Of a stretch of DNA of 64,000 bases, positions 27,601-42,400 are shown one piece after another (position 1 is the first letter of the stretch; each line of letters opens with the position of its first letter). The stretch spans positions 13,454,001 through 13,518,000 of the forward strand of contig CM022670.1 of assembly GCA_012295275.1 (NCBI GenBank), read 5' to 3'. The position numbers were made by a program, and so were the translations under genes. Source of the DNA: Chrysomallon squamiferum (Eukaryota; Animalia; Mollusca). The notes beneath the pieces were generated by a model that saw nothing but the letters and a program-made list of their open reading frames with translations, was not told the origin of the DNA and did not search any database.

Positions 27601-30111
27601 ACTTTCTGATCTGTCTCTAGTAATTATTGAATTAGATAATACTGCTTCTAGTATCTGTATCTGTACTGATATATATATATATATATACGTGTGTATGTGA
27701 ATGGTTTGCCTGCTTAGGTATTTACATAACAATTCAAATTTTTGTTACTATTTTACATTAATTAAACCCATCAGTTAACATTTTGTTGGCCAACAGTGCC
27801 AAGTAGTACAGTTGTGCTGGGGAATTCACTGGTGGAAATATTTCCATATTAACTTATTTTCTTATTTTTCATTTTTTAAATATTTTTTAACATTAATATT
27901 TAAATTCATCAAAAAAGCAACTTGATGTTCAACACTCAGTCTGTATTCTGTAAAACCATATTTTTCTTTAATTTTCTTCTTGTTTTTAAGATACTCAAAG
28001 TGGTTTACAAATTTTGTCAGAAACATTCATTCTGAATGCAACAATTATCATACAGATTTGTTTACAACCGAGTTGTTTAAAACACTGTTTTAGTGAACAC
28101 ATATACATGCAAAATTAAAAGAAAATAATGTACAATATGAAATGGATCAATATGAAACAACACAGCAGTTACTTATCAAAGATAATAAACATCCATTCAT
28201 CAGTTAACTTAAAAAAAAAAAAGAGAAGAAATTAAAGTGGTTCATTATGGTGATGTGCATTTAAATTGTATAACCAAGGCAACCAACTACATTTAAAGTT
28301 TTAGCATAATTTATAAAGCAAATATTTGACATGATCTAAAGTTTGTATTTATTATTTGTTTTAATATTTAGTACAAAAAAAAAAAGGGTTTTGAAGCATT
28401 TATGTGTGTGTGGGAGGGACAAGAGTGTAAACTATATCAAATATCTGATCTGGTCAAATACAAGTTTAGTGCATAATTACTGAAATAGAAATATGTGATG
28501 TACAGATATTTTTGTAGTAAATTACATTTTATTCAATATCCTTTGGTGAAACCTGCTGAATCAAATTGAAAATAACACAAAAGGACAATAGATAATTAAA
28601 AATATTTAAGAAAAAGGAAAAAGATAATAATAAAAATTGTTTTTACAAGTGTAAACACATTTTTGGTTTTACACATAAAAAGTATCAGAAATATATCATT
28701 ACAAATACAACCTCAATCATTTCAATTTTCACAAAAATTCAAGAACTTTCTCAAAATAAAAGTAATAGTAATAATAAAAAATATAAATGAAAACCAAAAG
28801 GGACTAAATTATTAAAAATGCCCTGTAATCAAATTTATTTTTGCTAATGAAAAAATTTTGTTGAAACTCATCATCTATGGATTTGTAATAAAATAGTTAT
28901 AAAACTTGTTTACAAATGTTTAGATCTATCTCAGAACTGAAGACTTTATTTAGATTTACTTCTCCAAATCCAACATCAGGTCTTCAAATCACTAATTCAT
29001 GATTATGCATAAAAATAACCAAAGCAAAAATATTAGTTTCAATTCCTGACATTAGCCTAATTTTTAATCACAAACACCAAATAAATTTAAAAAGTAAAAT
29101 TATTAGTAAATAAAAGATTAAATTTCCAAAACTTGATATCAGTATTACACTAATAAAATTGAATTCAGCATAAAATCAAAAATCAAAATAAAATTACTAA
29201 TAATCTAATTAAGAATAAGATCTGATACACATTTCTATCCCTGACGACAGATTTTATCTCAAACAAAACTCAAGGAATAATAAACTAATTTATAAATATT
29301 TATAGATCTTTACAAATAAAAATCACAGGGAATCCTGCTGTTTCAAAAATGTTTTGTGAAGAAAACGTAAGATTAAAATAATAATAAAAATCAGTCCTGT
29401 TATCATCAGAAGATGATGCTTTCTATGCCACTAGCTGTGACTCGCGTCTCTCCACTAGACTGTTTCGTTTGAAAGACACAATAGCTTCTACTTCCCAGTC
29501 GACTGTCATGGCTGCTCACATATGGCAGATGTCAAGTTATGTCCTCACAGACGTCATCCCTCAACAAGCTTCAAGCTCAGTCTCCAGTGTTTAATTTTTT
29601 TTATTTTCTACATTAAATCAAATTCAGTATGTCTGATGCATTCACACCACTAATGTGAATATGCAACTTGCATAATTATCCTGCATTAAGAATAATCAAA
29701 AGCTAAAAAAACAAAGAGAACAAAACAAAATAATAAAAATAAAATAAAATAAAACATCAACACTAGCAATCATCTGTTTGTGAGTGACTCCATCATGAGA
29801 ATTTTCCTACATATAAAACTTGTCTCTGCGAAAATATTAATAGTTCCTCAAAAAGGAATTTAAGTGAGAAAAAAAAAAAAGGTGAGCACTGGTGTTGCAT
29901 ACATCAAAAAAATGGGTCAGATCTACATTTGCTTATATTGCAAAAACAAGTGAGAAGAAGGGTGCAATATAATTTCTGACGCAACAAAATGCAGTTTTAG
30001 TTAGGAGGTCCCACAATACTGCACAAAACACAAGTTTTTTTCTTTTAACAGAAGACTGAGACTGTCTTGTCAGTCAAACTGGCTATTCAGATAAACAACT
30101 ACCACATTGTG

Positions 30112-30475
30112 CTATAGAATGGCACAGCAATTGCTGCACCCACTTTCCCCACTCTTGTCCTTTTTCAGCTGACCTGAAGAAAAACAGAAAGAGATAAATC
30201 AATGTATTCAGACATTATATTTACAACTGAAGATGAAATCAAAATGAAAATAAATGACTTTTATAATTTTAGTTTTTAATTTAATTTGGAGCCATTGGAC
30301 TTAGCAAAGCAATGTATTTATGATTCATTAAGTTACATATATATCAATGTATCCAAAGTTTAGAAACCGATAGCAACATATTTTTCATACTATATAAATA
30401 GATTATTCAGTGATGTTGAAGCCTAAATCATTAAACTGTGGCCAAGATAATAAATATTTAACCAAAAAAAAAAAA

Positions 30476-30510
<35 letters not shown>

Positions 30511-31357
30511 CTCATTAAAAATAAGGTATTTTAACTTTACTTTATCATTTATAACTTTTTTGAATTGTGGTTATTAGTTTCTTTTTAGTTTTTATTTGTT
30601 TTATTAAAACAAAAATACATTACAATTTCTAATAAAAAATATTTGTAAGTTAGAGGTTTTCAAGAAAAAAATTATGTCTTTAAGAAACTGACATGGTAAT
30701 CAGAAGAGACAGGAAATAATTACAGTGTAATGTGAGTTTAATTGCTTTAATTTCACAGTTAGTACTACAGTTAACAAAGAGAATCATTAACAAAGAACTA
30801 ATCAATATAATACATCCATCTAAATCAAAGTAACTAATTAAATATTACAATTGTGTGACTTCTATAATCAGTAGCAACTATGATCATTCTGCTGAATTAC
30901 AGAAGCTGAAGCATTTACTGTATTTATTATTTTATAATGTAAAAATTACTTATAAAATATGGACAAATAGTTTATCAGGTGGTTTGGGGGTAAAATGAAA
31001 AATAAAAATTCCTACACAGGCTACAGTTAATAAATTAAAAATACAATAAAACTATTCTGCTTTCCGAAATTTATGAAGTACAGAAAATGGAGAACATAAA
31101 AAATGAAAGCGATTATGAATGAACTTAAATATTAATTCTAAAAACGCTAACCCTGATTGTTGGGTTCAGGTAGATTTTCTCTGGCTACAAGATGCATCAC
31201 AGTTGTTTTTCCAGTGGGTAACTGCAGAGCTGAAAATTAACAATGTAAATAAATTAATAATTTGACTAAGTAATTTGTTCAAGATCTCTAAATTAACAAT
31301 AATAAATGGTTTGCTTTGATATAAAATACTCACTTCAAAAAAAAAAAAAAAAAATTC

Positions 31358-31393
<36 letters not shown>

Positions 31394-33440
31394 TAAACAA
31401 TGTTTAAATCTTTAACAAATTTATCTGCTAAGATGTCATCTACTTAAACATTTCCATTGATTTCATATATATATTAAAAAAAAGAAGGAAAAAAAGGCAT
31501 TCAACCTATTTTAGCAAATTCTGAAATTAAATACAAATTTTGATCTTACCTGCTAAGGTTACATTTCCATGTAAAAACCGACCTTGATAAATGAGCCGTA
31601 ATATATTGGTCGATGGGAGCTGATCATCTGACCAGTCTGTTTAAGAAACACAAATTCAGCAATTACTTTAGAAATACCATATCTACTCAATCTTTTATCT
31701 TTTGCTTTTTACCAAATATAAACACACTTCTAATTAATAGTTAAACTGTTTTATTTAGTCTTTTTAATATCCAGCTGTTTTGTCACACTCTAACTGTTTT
31801 AATAACAAAAGTAATGATAGATGGCAATAAAATAAATAACAGAGAAGTGGAATCCAGTCAAAATAATGCAAAATTTCTATATATGTATGTATCAGCCACC
31901 ACAGCAACATATAATAATCATTAATTTTCAAAAACTATTTAGAATTATAATAATTATTATTGTTATAACATGTTTACCTTCAGGCCAGTGGTTGTACACA
32001 TATTCTGTTATGTCTGCTGCTGAATCACACGGTGAAAAGAGATATTCCTCTGTTTTACCACTCACCAAAATCAAGCGCAGATTTATCTATATTCACGTGA
32101 ATAAAAAAAAATAAAAAAATGTTTTAATTCATTTATTATCTTTCAGTTTCAAACGGTGATACATCTTTTTTTATTGTTAACACAGTAACAGTTAACACAT
32201 TTTCTCACAATTTCATGTAAAGACACACACAAACACATGCAAAAAGAAAAGAACATGCACCATCTGTAGAATTCAAAAACAAAATGAATATTTAATAACT
32301 TCAGCTATTGTGAGACTTAAGCTCATATTATTTTTCCCACCAGTTCTATTCTAAAATATTCTGTCTGTAACATTTTGCTCTAGTAGTCTCAGAGGAAAAA
32401 TAACAGAACTGCTGTCACTGCTCTTATTGATTGGCAACAATAGATCTTTAAACATTCTTTCAAATACGTGGTAAAGTCATATGACATTGGCTTGAGGGAC
32501 TACTAATGTACTATAGATTGACTACTAATGACCACTAATCATTTACGGACTGATCCAATGGCTATTCAACCAACAGCAATTGTACTAAGCAGAAGAAAGA
32601 AGAAAATACAGTTTTATACAATTTCAAAACCCAATACATATAACCAATGAAATGATTATATAAACTTTAAAAAAATGTGTAACTTTATTATCTGCATTAA
32701 AAACATAAAAGTTTAAAGTAGCTAATTTATTAAATTACAAATATCACAAACTATTAATCTGTAATAAAATAAACTACTCTGAATTACTAATTTGAGACTA
32801 AGAGTAACATATATAGAACCATTAATTTATAGGACAAAAATTTGCAGAATATTAATTATTATATTATCACTCAATTTACTTTGACACACATTTTGATTTA
32901 TAACAAAATGTACATGTATAAAACAGCATATGTCCTTATAAACACCCATGATTTTTTTGTTTTTGTCCTTTTAACAAGAGAATAAATTAAAAAAAAATAT
33001 TTTATTAACTATGGAAAAAAAAAAAAAAAAATAAATAACAGTTTCAGTGAACCATACAGCTTATAAGGAATAAAAAGTGCTACTGGAACATAATAAACTA
33101 TTATTTCAATTAGCAGGAATGCATCTTTTTTATGTATATTTTTGCAGACAGGGAAGTACATACAATGATCTATTTAAAATATAGGGAACAGGATGAAATG
33201 GATAACAAATGCTGTAGCCACAATAATTCTGTTTTCAAAAATTTAGAATTTTTCTAATTTAACGTAACCAGTTTTTTTTTAATGGTTTGATTTGGTTAAG
33301 TTTTTAATGATGAAATGAATCTTTAAACATATCTGGTATTATTATTATCATCACATTCCATTCTTTATGAGCTGATTGATAATTTTCATCCTAATTCATA
33401 ATAAAAAAATACTATTGTTGGTGCTAATTGTTTTGGGGAT

Positions 33441-33484
<44 letters not shown>

Positions 33485-33957
33485 GATAATAAAAATAAAT
33501 AAATATTTAAAATGAAAGAAAAGCAGCTATGATCATAATACCATAAAATTGTATAAGTATAGTAAGGATCTGTCACGTGATTTGTAAGAGTTACAATACA
33601 ACCATTGTTACAACTTACAATGTAACAAAACTAACATTGTAGCAAGTGTAGGTTACTGTGGCAACCAAATATGTTCTAAATATTTAGACAGCAGGCTTTT
33701 CAAGTAAACAGGTGTGGAGCAATGATTATAAAACTGTTCTAGTTTCCCTTTATATCCTTTTAATATTGAATATGACAGTATAAATTCTGTTGATTTGGTG
33801 TTTCTCGATAAAATGAGACTAGGAAGTAGGATTCAGTAGTAGGAAGCCGTTTGTTTTGTTTTTATACATAACAATGGAGAAGTTCAATCTATGTATAGGT
33901 TAATCTTTCAAATTTAATACCACTTACCTTATCATTAGGTATCTGACGACTGCCCAT
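30112..33957 (-). CDS. UBL3: Ubiquitin-like protein 3 (membrane-anchored ubiquitin fold, MUB), 121 aa, 5 coding exons
   Basis: Minus-strand exons 33957-33928, 32086-31978, 31636-31550, 31229-31152, 30173-30112. Translation MGSRQIPNDKINLRLILVSGKTEEYLFSPCDSAADITEYVYNHWPEDW...LRLIYQGRFLHGNVTLAALQLPTGKTTVMHLVARENLPEPN...CSNCCAIL*. Ends in a CAAX box. Missed by the ORF track because the exons are short. Confidence 0.97.
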
Positions 33958-34300
33958 TGTGTCAAGATGTAATCCAAGAGAAAAAATTACACTTATTTCT
34001 TCTCAAGATTTGTATCAAATTACACACATGACGGACAGTCAAAATCTTCACCGAAAAACACACGAATAATTATTTTGGTATCATTGATGTATTCGTATCA
34101 ATGTTATTTCCATTTTAACATTGTTTTTAAAGTTTTTAATAAAACGATTTATCGCAAATTTATGTTAGGAAAACCTCAATAATCAAAGGAATCATTTATG
34201 TTTTCCTTCCTTCGATTAATTTTCTATGTTATGGCGGATTGCACAGATTTCTGGGTAACTGACAGACGTCACATTCCTACTTCCTGTTCGATATTAGACT
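33958..34300. promoter_or_regulatory. Probable bidirectional promoter between UBL3 (-) and STXBP4 (+)
   Basis: Local reappearance of CpG between two CpG-poor gene bodies. ATGGCGG (YY1-like) at 34231, GACGTCA at 34265, ACTTCCTG (ETS-like) at 34279, and a candidate plus-strand donor TGG|GTAACT at 34254/34255. Confidence 0.45.
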
Positions 34301-36788
34301 GCTTTCTTTTCACTTTAGTCGCTCAGTTTGAACTCTTTTCATTAACTAAGGGAAAGAAATAAAAGAGAATAGCAGTCTACTCCTCAGAGTTTATCCTACC
34401 TTCTGCACATCAATGACGTATATATGTGCGTGCGTGTGTGTGTGTGTGTGTTTTTATTATAAGTTCATGAAAATATGACATTTTATTTTATTGATTGATT
34501 GATTGATTTTATAATAAATAAAAAAGAAAAATAATCTATTCAATTAAATTCACTAATTAAAAACCAATTTCAAGAATTTTAAGCAAATATAATAATAATA
34601 ATAATAATCATAAATGGTATGTGTTTGTATGGATGTATATTTGTCTGTGACTTTATTTATTTATTTGTTTTTTTCTTTGCATGCATCTATGTATCTGGAT
34701 ATTTGCAACAGGCTGTTGGTCAGCAAGCTACTGTAAAGACAGTAATGATAATGCCAATGATACATCGATTACTTACGTAATATACATTATGAATTAACAA
34801 AAGAACCTGTTAAGCATTCCATCAGTTCAATTTGCTAAACAATTCCGACAAGTTAAAATTGTTTACAGTTTCTCTCAGTTTTACATGAAGATTATAATGT
34901 TTTTCTATAATTAATTGTTGATAACCCCCAAAAAAACACGCTTGTTAAATCATTAAAATTGTTCATTCTATACGATAGTTTTCTAGTCATGATTGTGTAT
35001 ACTTTAAGTTATTTTATAGATGTTAATTAATTAAATTTCAAATATTACATGCAGTCGGTGCTCATGACCCATATACACTTTGAAAATGCCTAAAGAAAAG
35101 TTTACAGTATGTCATAACTGAGAACTTTACGGTTTATAAATAAGTCTATGTATAGAAGAATAATTCGTTTAGATCGTAAAGATTTAGTTTGCATTTCTTT
35201 CTTTCATTATTATTGTGTGTGTGTCTATGCGTGTGTGTGTCCATGTGTGTGTATGTGTGTGTGTGTTTCATCAAATATAAAGATAGAATATGATTATTTA
35301 ATTAATGTGCTAACTTTGGTACACACAACCACATTACTTTTATTACCGAAGGATCTATCTATTCAATTAATCATGGTTAGTTGTTTAGAATGTTGTGGCT
35401 GTTTACAGATGTAAACACATATCGGAATCTGGACAGATGTCGAATTTTATGTTCCAGGTATTATAAAGCATAATCGAATATTTAAATCTACTATTTTCAT
35501 TGCAGATATTATTGGATTTTCTAAAAATAATAACAAAACAGTTAAAATAAATTATTTTAAAACTGTTTATGGCCTGCGAAGGTTGTTCTTTCTTGGGGTC
35601 AGGTAGTTCTAGACAGTTGATGATTAATCCCAGACTACAAAATAATACCAATCAGTGATAATTAAATCATAATGTAGTAACTTTATGATTTAATTCTCAC
35701 TGATTGGTATTATCTTATTAACAGATTAGTGATTCAAACTATTATACAAAACATGAACAGGTTTATATATATTTCCTTCATTAGTATATAAATAAAAGTA
35801 GTTATAAAAGGGTTTTCTTGCAGAAATATTCAGTAATCATATCGTTTGACACTGTGAAGTAGGACATTGTTACTAATGTTAAATTTGGTTAAAATAAAAA
35901 AAATATATTAAAAAAATGAAAATAGAGAAAACATTGTTTCAATTTTCCACCTTTGAAACAAAAATAAAATTAAAAAATTACTATGTATCTATATAAACAT
36001 TATTTATATAATACAGTGTTTATTATATTTAAAAAAATGTATTTACATTTTTAAATTTTTTTTTTTTTTATCCCTCATTATTTGTGTATTTAATTATAAA
36101 TCTGAAAATAACTTCAAAAATAATATTAACCTTAATATGACAGAGATTACTGATTTATTTAAACCAAATTTTATACTGAATTATCCTATAAATATGTTTT
36201 TATATCTATGTAGATCACAGAATACACATAATGAACAATTAACATTTAATGCAACAATCAACAAATGGATGAATTCAAATGTGTTTATTTTGTTTTTATT
36301 TTAAATTATAAGTAGGATTCATCAAGAGAAATAAATTGTGGATGAAACATCTCTAATAACTTATGAAATAAACATAATTCAAATTAAAATATAGAAAACA
36401 GACAGTATTTATCATCCAATGGGAATAATTAATATAACTTTACTGTTACTATTCAGACATGCAGAAAAATGTCCAATAATATTTTTCTTTCTAAATTTTG
36501 TTTTGTCTGATAGTACCTTACCTGAAAGAATAAATGTATTTAATTTACATTTATCTAGTATCATACTTATATTATGGTTAAGGACCACCATACAATTAAT
36601 AAGGGAAGAAATTGTTTCATCTGCAGGGATGTAAAAAGTTTCTGTTGACAAGACAAACACATACTTGGCTCACTGTTCTGAATGGGAATTAACCATATTG
36701 GGGCATTAAAAAGTGCTAATCCAGCAATATTTCAGCCCTGTCCTCTCATTACTAAGCTACAATAATATAAGAATATATACATACACAA

Positions 36789-36797
<9 letters not shown>

Positions 36798-36841
<44 letters not shown>
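36798..36841 (+). repeat. (CA)n microsatellite
   Basis: Read directly from the sequence. Confidence 0.97.
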
Positions 36842-36842
<1 letters not shown>

Positions 36843-37043
36843 CATATTTAAAAAGATAATTATATAAAAGAGTTCTGTTAATTTATAACTGAGTTTGGTT
36901 GTGACCAGAGCTTCAGTTATAGATTTTTAATGAAAATTTTCTTTTTCTTTTATTATTATTATTATTATTATTTTTTTTTTTTTTTCCTACCAAAATTCAT
37001 TGATGATAACAGCAAAGACTGTTTTTTAGAACCTGTCAGAACA

Positions 37044-39403
37044 ATGTCTATGACAGTGACAGTGACTGAATCACAGAATCTGCCAGAAGTAAACACAGTG
37101 TAAGATTTCTTTCCTATTACAAATGATAAAAGACAGATTTAAAAAAATGAATAAACACCTTCTTCTCCTTTCTGTGGTCAACACATTAATTACAACATAT
37201 GCAATTTTTTTCTTTTGAAAATAAATATAATATTCTTTCAGCACTGCAGTAGTTTTAAGTATTGTGCAATAATAATTCTTCTTGTATATGCTATTACCCT
37301 CAATTTTTCAGTAAATATATATATATTTTTTTTTTTTTTTATTTTTTTTTTTAAAAATTATATATTTTTTTTATTTTATTGAATTTTATTTTAATTTTTT
37401 TTTTTTTTACATATTATTTTGTTTTAAATTTAGAAAACATTCTCTTTTTTAATACTTTTATCATTATGAATTTTAGTGACAGAAATACTGAAGATAATGA
37501 ACAGGGAGAAGATTACAGAGAAGTTGAAGTGATAGAATTTGATAACTGTTCTCAAGGCTTGGGTAAAATAATAACTGTTTAACATTGTAAGATCACTTCT
37601 AGGCTACTTAGATTTTGAAAGTGACTGCAGCTGTTTATTTTAATCTCATTCATATTATTTGTGTGAAACACAAACATAAAAAGAGGCAGTAATAATAACA
37701 AAATAAGATCAAATAAAAACTGAATTACAAAGCACAAAAGTGAATAAATGGTGGGGGTTTTTGAGAATGCAGAACATTTAATTAAAATACAGAATAACAG
37801 TGTATTTAGCAAACTTATGCCAGAAGTGTATAACACATGTATATATGACATTAATAAAGAAAAAGACTTTGAACAAAAACAATAATAAAATAAATAAATG
37901 TGGCTACAAAAATAATGTTGTAACCACATATTACACCACTAACATCTTGTCTACTGTAAAATAAAATATTATCTTTGAAAACTACATGTAGTGAATGATC
38001 CATATCTTCATAATAATGTTACCACAGCTTTGCCAGTCCAGTTTTCTCTTTAATTTGCAGAATGTTGTGTTTTAGTAAATAAACATTGCATATTTAATTC
38101 AGGCTTGAAGATCTTTGGCGGGTCAAGTGTTGATGGTACAGAACAGTATGGGATTTTTATTAAAAAGATTCTTCCAGGAGGCCTAGCAGACACTCAGGGT
38201 AAGAATAAATGATTGAAGCCTTTTTATATCCTAGACTATTCAGTGCATTGCAATGTCAGCAGTTATTAAATATCATACATTTGTTTTTATTCTGCTGATA
38301 TATGACACAAAATCCGAAACTACTGTGAACTATTCCTAGGGATTAGCCAACCTGTGTATCCACTGATAATAGCAGTGTACAAATTCAATTACAGTAGCCA
38401 CAGAAATTGTTATATATTTTTAATATATTTGTGCTATTTATGTTTAGATACACATTTTAATGAAAAAAATATTCAAAAAAAAACCAAAAATACTTTTATG
38501 TATTAACATTTTAGTAATGAAGGTAATAATGATTATTAGTATCAAGCCTAAGGTTTCTTTATAACATGATTATAACTAAGAAAGAAAACCAAGAAATAAT
38601 GATCTTACAAATCATCACATCTCAGGCAATTAGTCTATGGTTTGCTTTTCATCCCATTCTTTCAACACTGTGACCTTTGACTTAATTAATTTTCAGGTCA
38701 TCTGCAGGAAGGAGACCAGATCTTAGAAGTTAATAACATAAGATTTGAAGATATCACAAACGATAGGTATTCTATTAATAAAACTTTTATACTATATACT
38801 GAAGAAAGAAAAAAAATGGTCATTTAGATATAATATTTAGCTTTGTTATAAACTAATTTAACATGAAAAAATACTCCTTTGTTAGTGCTGTTCTTATAAA
38901 TTAATTAATTAATTTATATTTACAAAAATATTTTTAAAAAATGGATGTAAATAAATTTAAAAAATAGAATAATGTCATTGACTTTTTTGTTTGGTTATCT
39001 TGTTTTCTTTGTCTTTATTCCATTGTCATTTGCCAATTTTGTGCTTAGGATAACAGAATTAAAATGTGACTTCACAATTCCTTATTTCCATTGTTTTTAT
39101 GTAAATGTAATTACAGGGCTGTGTCTGTTTTGAGACAGGCTTCTTCTTCGAATCATGTCCAGATGGTCATAGCAAGAGACGAAGAAACAAGGTTTTTGTT
39201 ATGTTACAGTTTGTGTTTGCGTTTGATTGAGAATACACACTATTGCTTTTGAGTCTGTGTATATGTGTCACTGTTTGTATATCTCTATATTTAATTACTG
39301 TTAATCAATATATTTGTGTGTGTGTGTGTGTGTGTATGTGTGTATAATTATTAAATTTTATTTTGCATGACTGTGATTATTATTATTATTATTATTATTA
39401 TTA

Positions 39404-39456
<53 letters not shown>

Positions 39457-42400
39457 ACCAGTCATGGGCTCTCAGTGAATTTAATGAACTGCTGTTAAAA
39501 AAGTATTTAAAAAATTAATTTAAAAAAAAAATGTTTTAATGTTACATGCTAGAACAGTGTATACAGCTCTTAGCAGTTCTTAGTAGTATCCTCAGGTGGG
39601 AGTTCAGGTTATTAATGATTTAGTAAAATGACATCATTTTACATAAATAAATGTGTTGTGCCTTTGTTGTTTTCACACATCTGTGGGAGGTCCTGGACCC
39701 ATGTACTTTCAGCTAAGGCAGATCAGCTGTACAAACCATTCTGCTTAAATAAGTACACATATTTGTTTTTTAATTACTGTCAAACAGAAAGGAATATGTG
39801 AGATTTCTGAAACACCACACAAGCTACAGTCCTTCATCACAGACACCAGGCAGTCCCTGGCTGTCACCTGTGTCAAATACTAGCCAAGGTTTGTACAGTT
39901 ATCCTGTTTTATGCATGTACTAATTTATCAATAAACTTCACTGTGATGTTAATCTGTTTATTTCTTAGAAAAGAATATTTATGTTAATGTTATATTTTAT
40001 TCAGTTCTGAGCTGTACAGTTAGTGATATGTTTGTTTCAGTATGTGACTTTTATTTAATTTTTTTTTTCTTGATTAAAGATAAATTAGATGAAATACATA
40101 TTCATTTCTTCCTTACCATCATCATAATAATGATTCTTTTTCTTCTTTTTTTTATCATCATCATTGTCATAATTTTCTTATTGTGTTATTGGTGATTGTG
40201 ATTTTTTCCCTTCTTTTTAACCCTGATCTTTTTCCTATTCCTTGTCTAAAATACCAGTCCCCCAAAATTGCTATTGTATATATAACTGCAAGATTCATAT
40301 ATTTTTTTTTTAATTTCATGATTAAAGGTTCTCCTGCAGTTTCTGTATCAAACGAAGCTGAGGCAAGTTCTATATATCTAGGATCGGAATGACCCACTTT
40401 TAGCCCCCCTCACACCCACCTGTCACATGTCACACACCCAGGATAGGTTAGGAAAGTCACCTGTTAATTCACTCACACGACATCACTCTATAGATCCACA
40501 AGAAAAACTCAAAGTTGAAAAGTTACAAGTGGTAAGTTATTATTGTTATTTAAATTGTTCATTAGAGATAAAGATAGTAAATCACCAACCTTTAATAATA
40601 ATACATATATGAAGGTTTAAAATGCCAGACATTTCCATGATGATACTGTATATAGAGAAATGTGAAGAAACAATTCCTATAGGACTGAGGCTACCAGTGA
40701 TTCTCTCACAATGATGTGTTGTTAAGTTAGGTTTATCTTTACAAATCTGCTTGCAAAATTAGGGAATGTCATATTTTTTATTTTATTATCATAGCCAAAA
40801 GCAATCATATGGAAAAATATATAATACAGCCAGGTCATTTGTTCATACTCCAGCAGATATACTTTTAGTATATAACATGATACAGTAGAAAAAACAAAAA
40901 AATTACAAGTCTTTATTAATTTAAAAAGCTAATTTAGAGAATTTCTCTTTTTTTTGAGTAAAACACTATATTGTTATGGTTGTTGTTGTTACATGCACAT
41001 TTGTGTACTTTTTTTTTCTTGTGCCTGGCAAAAATCCTTTTATTTTTGTTTGCTGTTTTTATTAGTATGTGACACAACTGCTTCTCTGTTTCATATCTTA
41101 TCTACTGCTGCTTTTTCTACTTAAAGCATCTAGAGTTATCTAGCTCAGATAAGATTTGTCCAGCCTGTAATATATAATTATGTTATGTGGTTATAATGCT
41201 AAATTTAAAACAATTGATGGACCAGTTTAAAATATTGAAAATTATTGCCTATAATTTTAAAATCGATATCAGTTTAATTTAATGTTGGAATCATTTGAAA
41301 AAAAACTGAAGGGTCTTTGTAAATCTTGGAAAACCAAAACTTTGTGAAAAATATCACTGAGATTGATTTTGACAGTCACAGTTCCAAATATTTAACAATT
41401 TATCCAATTCCATTTAGATAATTATATATATATTTTTTGTATCTAACAGGCTCTTCGGTTCCTTGGTTTGGAACCAACACCTGAACAAAGACAAGAACTA
41501 CACAGCAGACTGGAAGTTGATGAGGAAGGAAAAGTCAGCTACGGAGGTAAACTTGTAAATAAATTAGCTACCTTTTTGTTGTTTAATTTTTTTTAAATTA
41601 AATGGAAAAAGAAATTTTGTACATATTATATAATTATATTTTGTTTCTGTTTATTATAAATCTGATAATATATTGTAAATAATTATGTTTTTGATGTACT
41701 TACAACACAAAACTAATATGTCTAATAAATTATCTCCCATGTGTTATAATTTTGTAGTTATTTCCCTTGGCATGTAAAACTATTTGTCAAATAATCCTTT
41801 ATAAATAACTACTTTTATTATTAGCACAGTAATAATTATTAAATAAAAGTAAAGTCTTAGGTTTGTTAGACAAAAGGATTTGACGCAGTTCTGCTGCTTA
41901 TAGACTGCATTAAAAATAAATAAATAGAAGAAGAAGAAGACAAAATATTTGTTTTAAAATGTTCCTATATAAAAATTTTCAATTTGGTTGTAGATTTTGT
42001 AAATGCAGCCAAAGAAGTCTTTCAAATGCAGAGGAAGAATCGGAACATTATCTGGCCTGGAAGTGCTGTCATCTTAGCTGCAGCTGATGTCGCACAAAAT
42101 GATTCAGAAGCATTTGAACAAGAAGTAGGTTTTGTTTTTAACACAGAAATGGTAAATTTTTGTAAAGAAATTGTGGGAATATATTGCAGTGCACTAAAAC
42201 CTTCTATATAATAATTACTTTCTCTAATTCATTTTTTTTTTTTTTTATACTTTTTTTTACTTATTCTTATAACATAATTTATATATATTTATATATACAT
42301 ATTGATTTTATACTTAGTGGTATAAAAAAAATGATTCAGTCTAATAATTTGTCATAATTAATTTTCTGAGTAAGCTAACTTAGTATGCTTAAAAACATTA

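Noticed and set aside
9742-33957. E2 plus UBL3 (and FANCF) as a clustered conjugation system
   Set aside because: The genes are about 18 kb apart with an SLC5 between them and have different CpG profiles. UBL3 ends in CAAX rather than GG and is not known to be charged by an E2. Adjacency alone is not evidence.
40390-40446. In-frame TGA in STXBP4 exon 7 as selenocysteine or readthrough
   Set aside because: Readthrough meets TAG 18 codons later and never reaches the conserved frame. No SECIS recognised.
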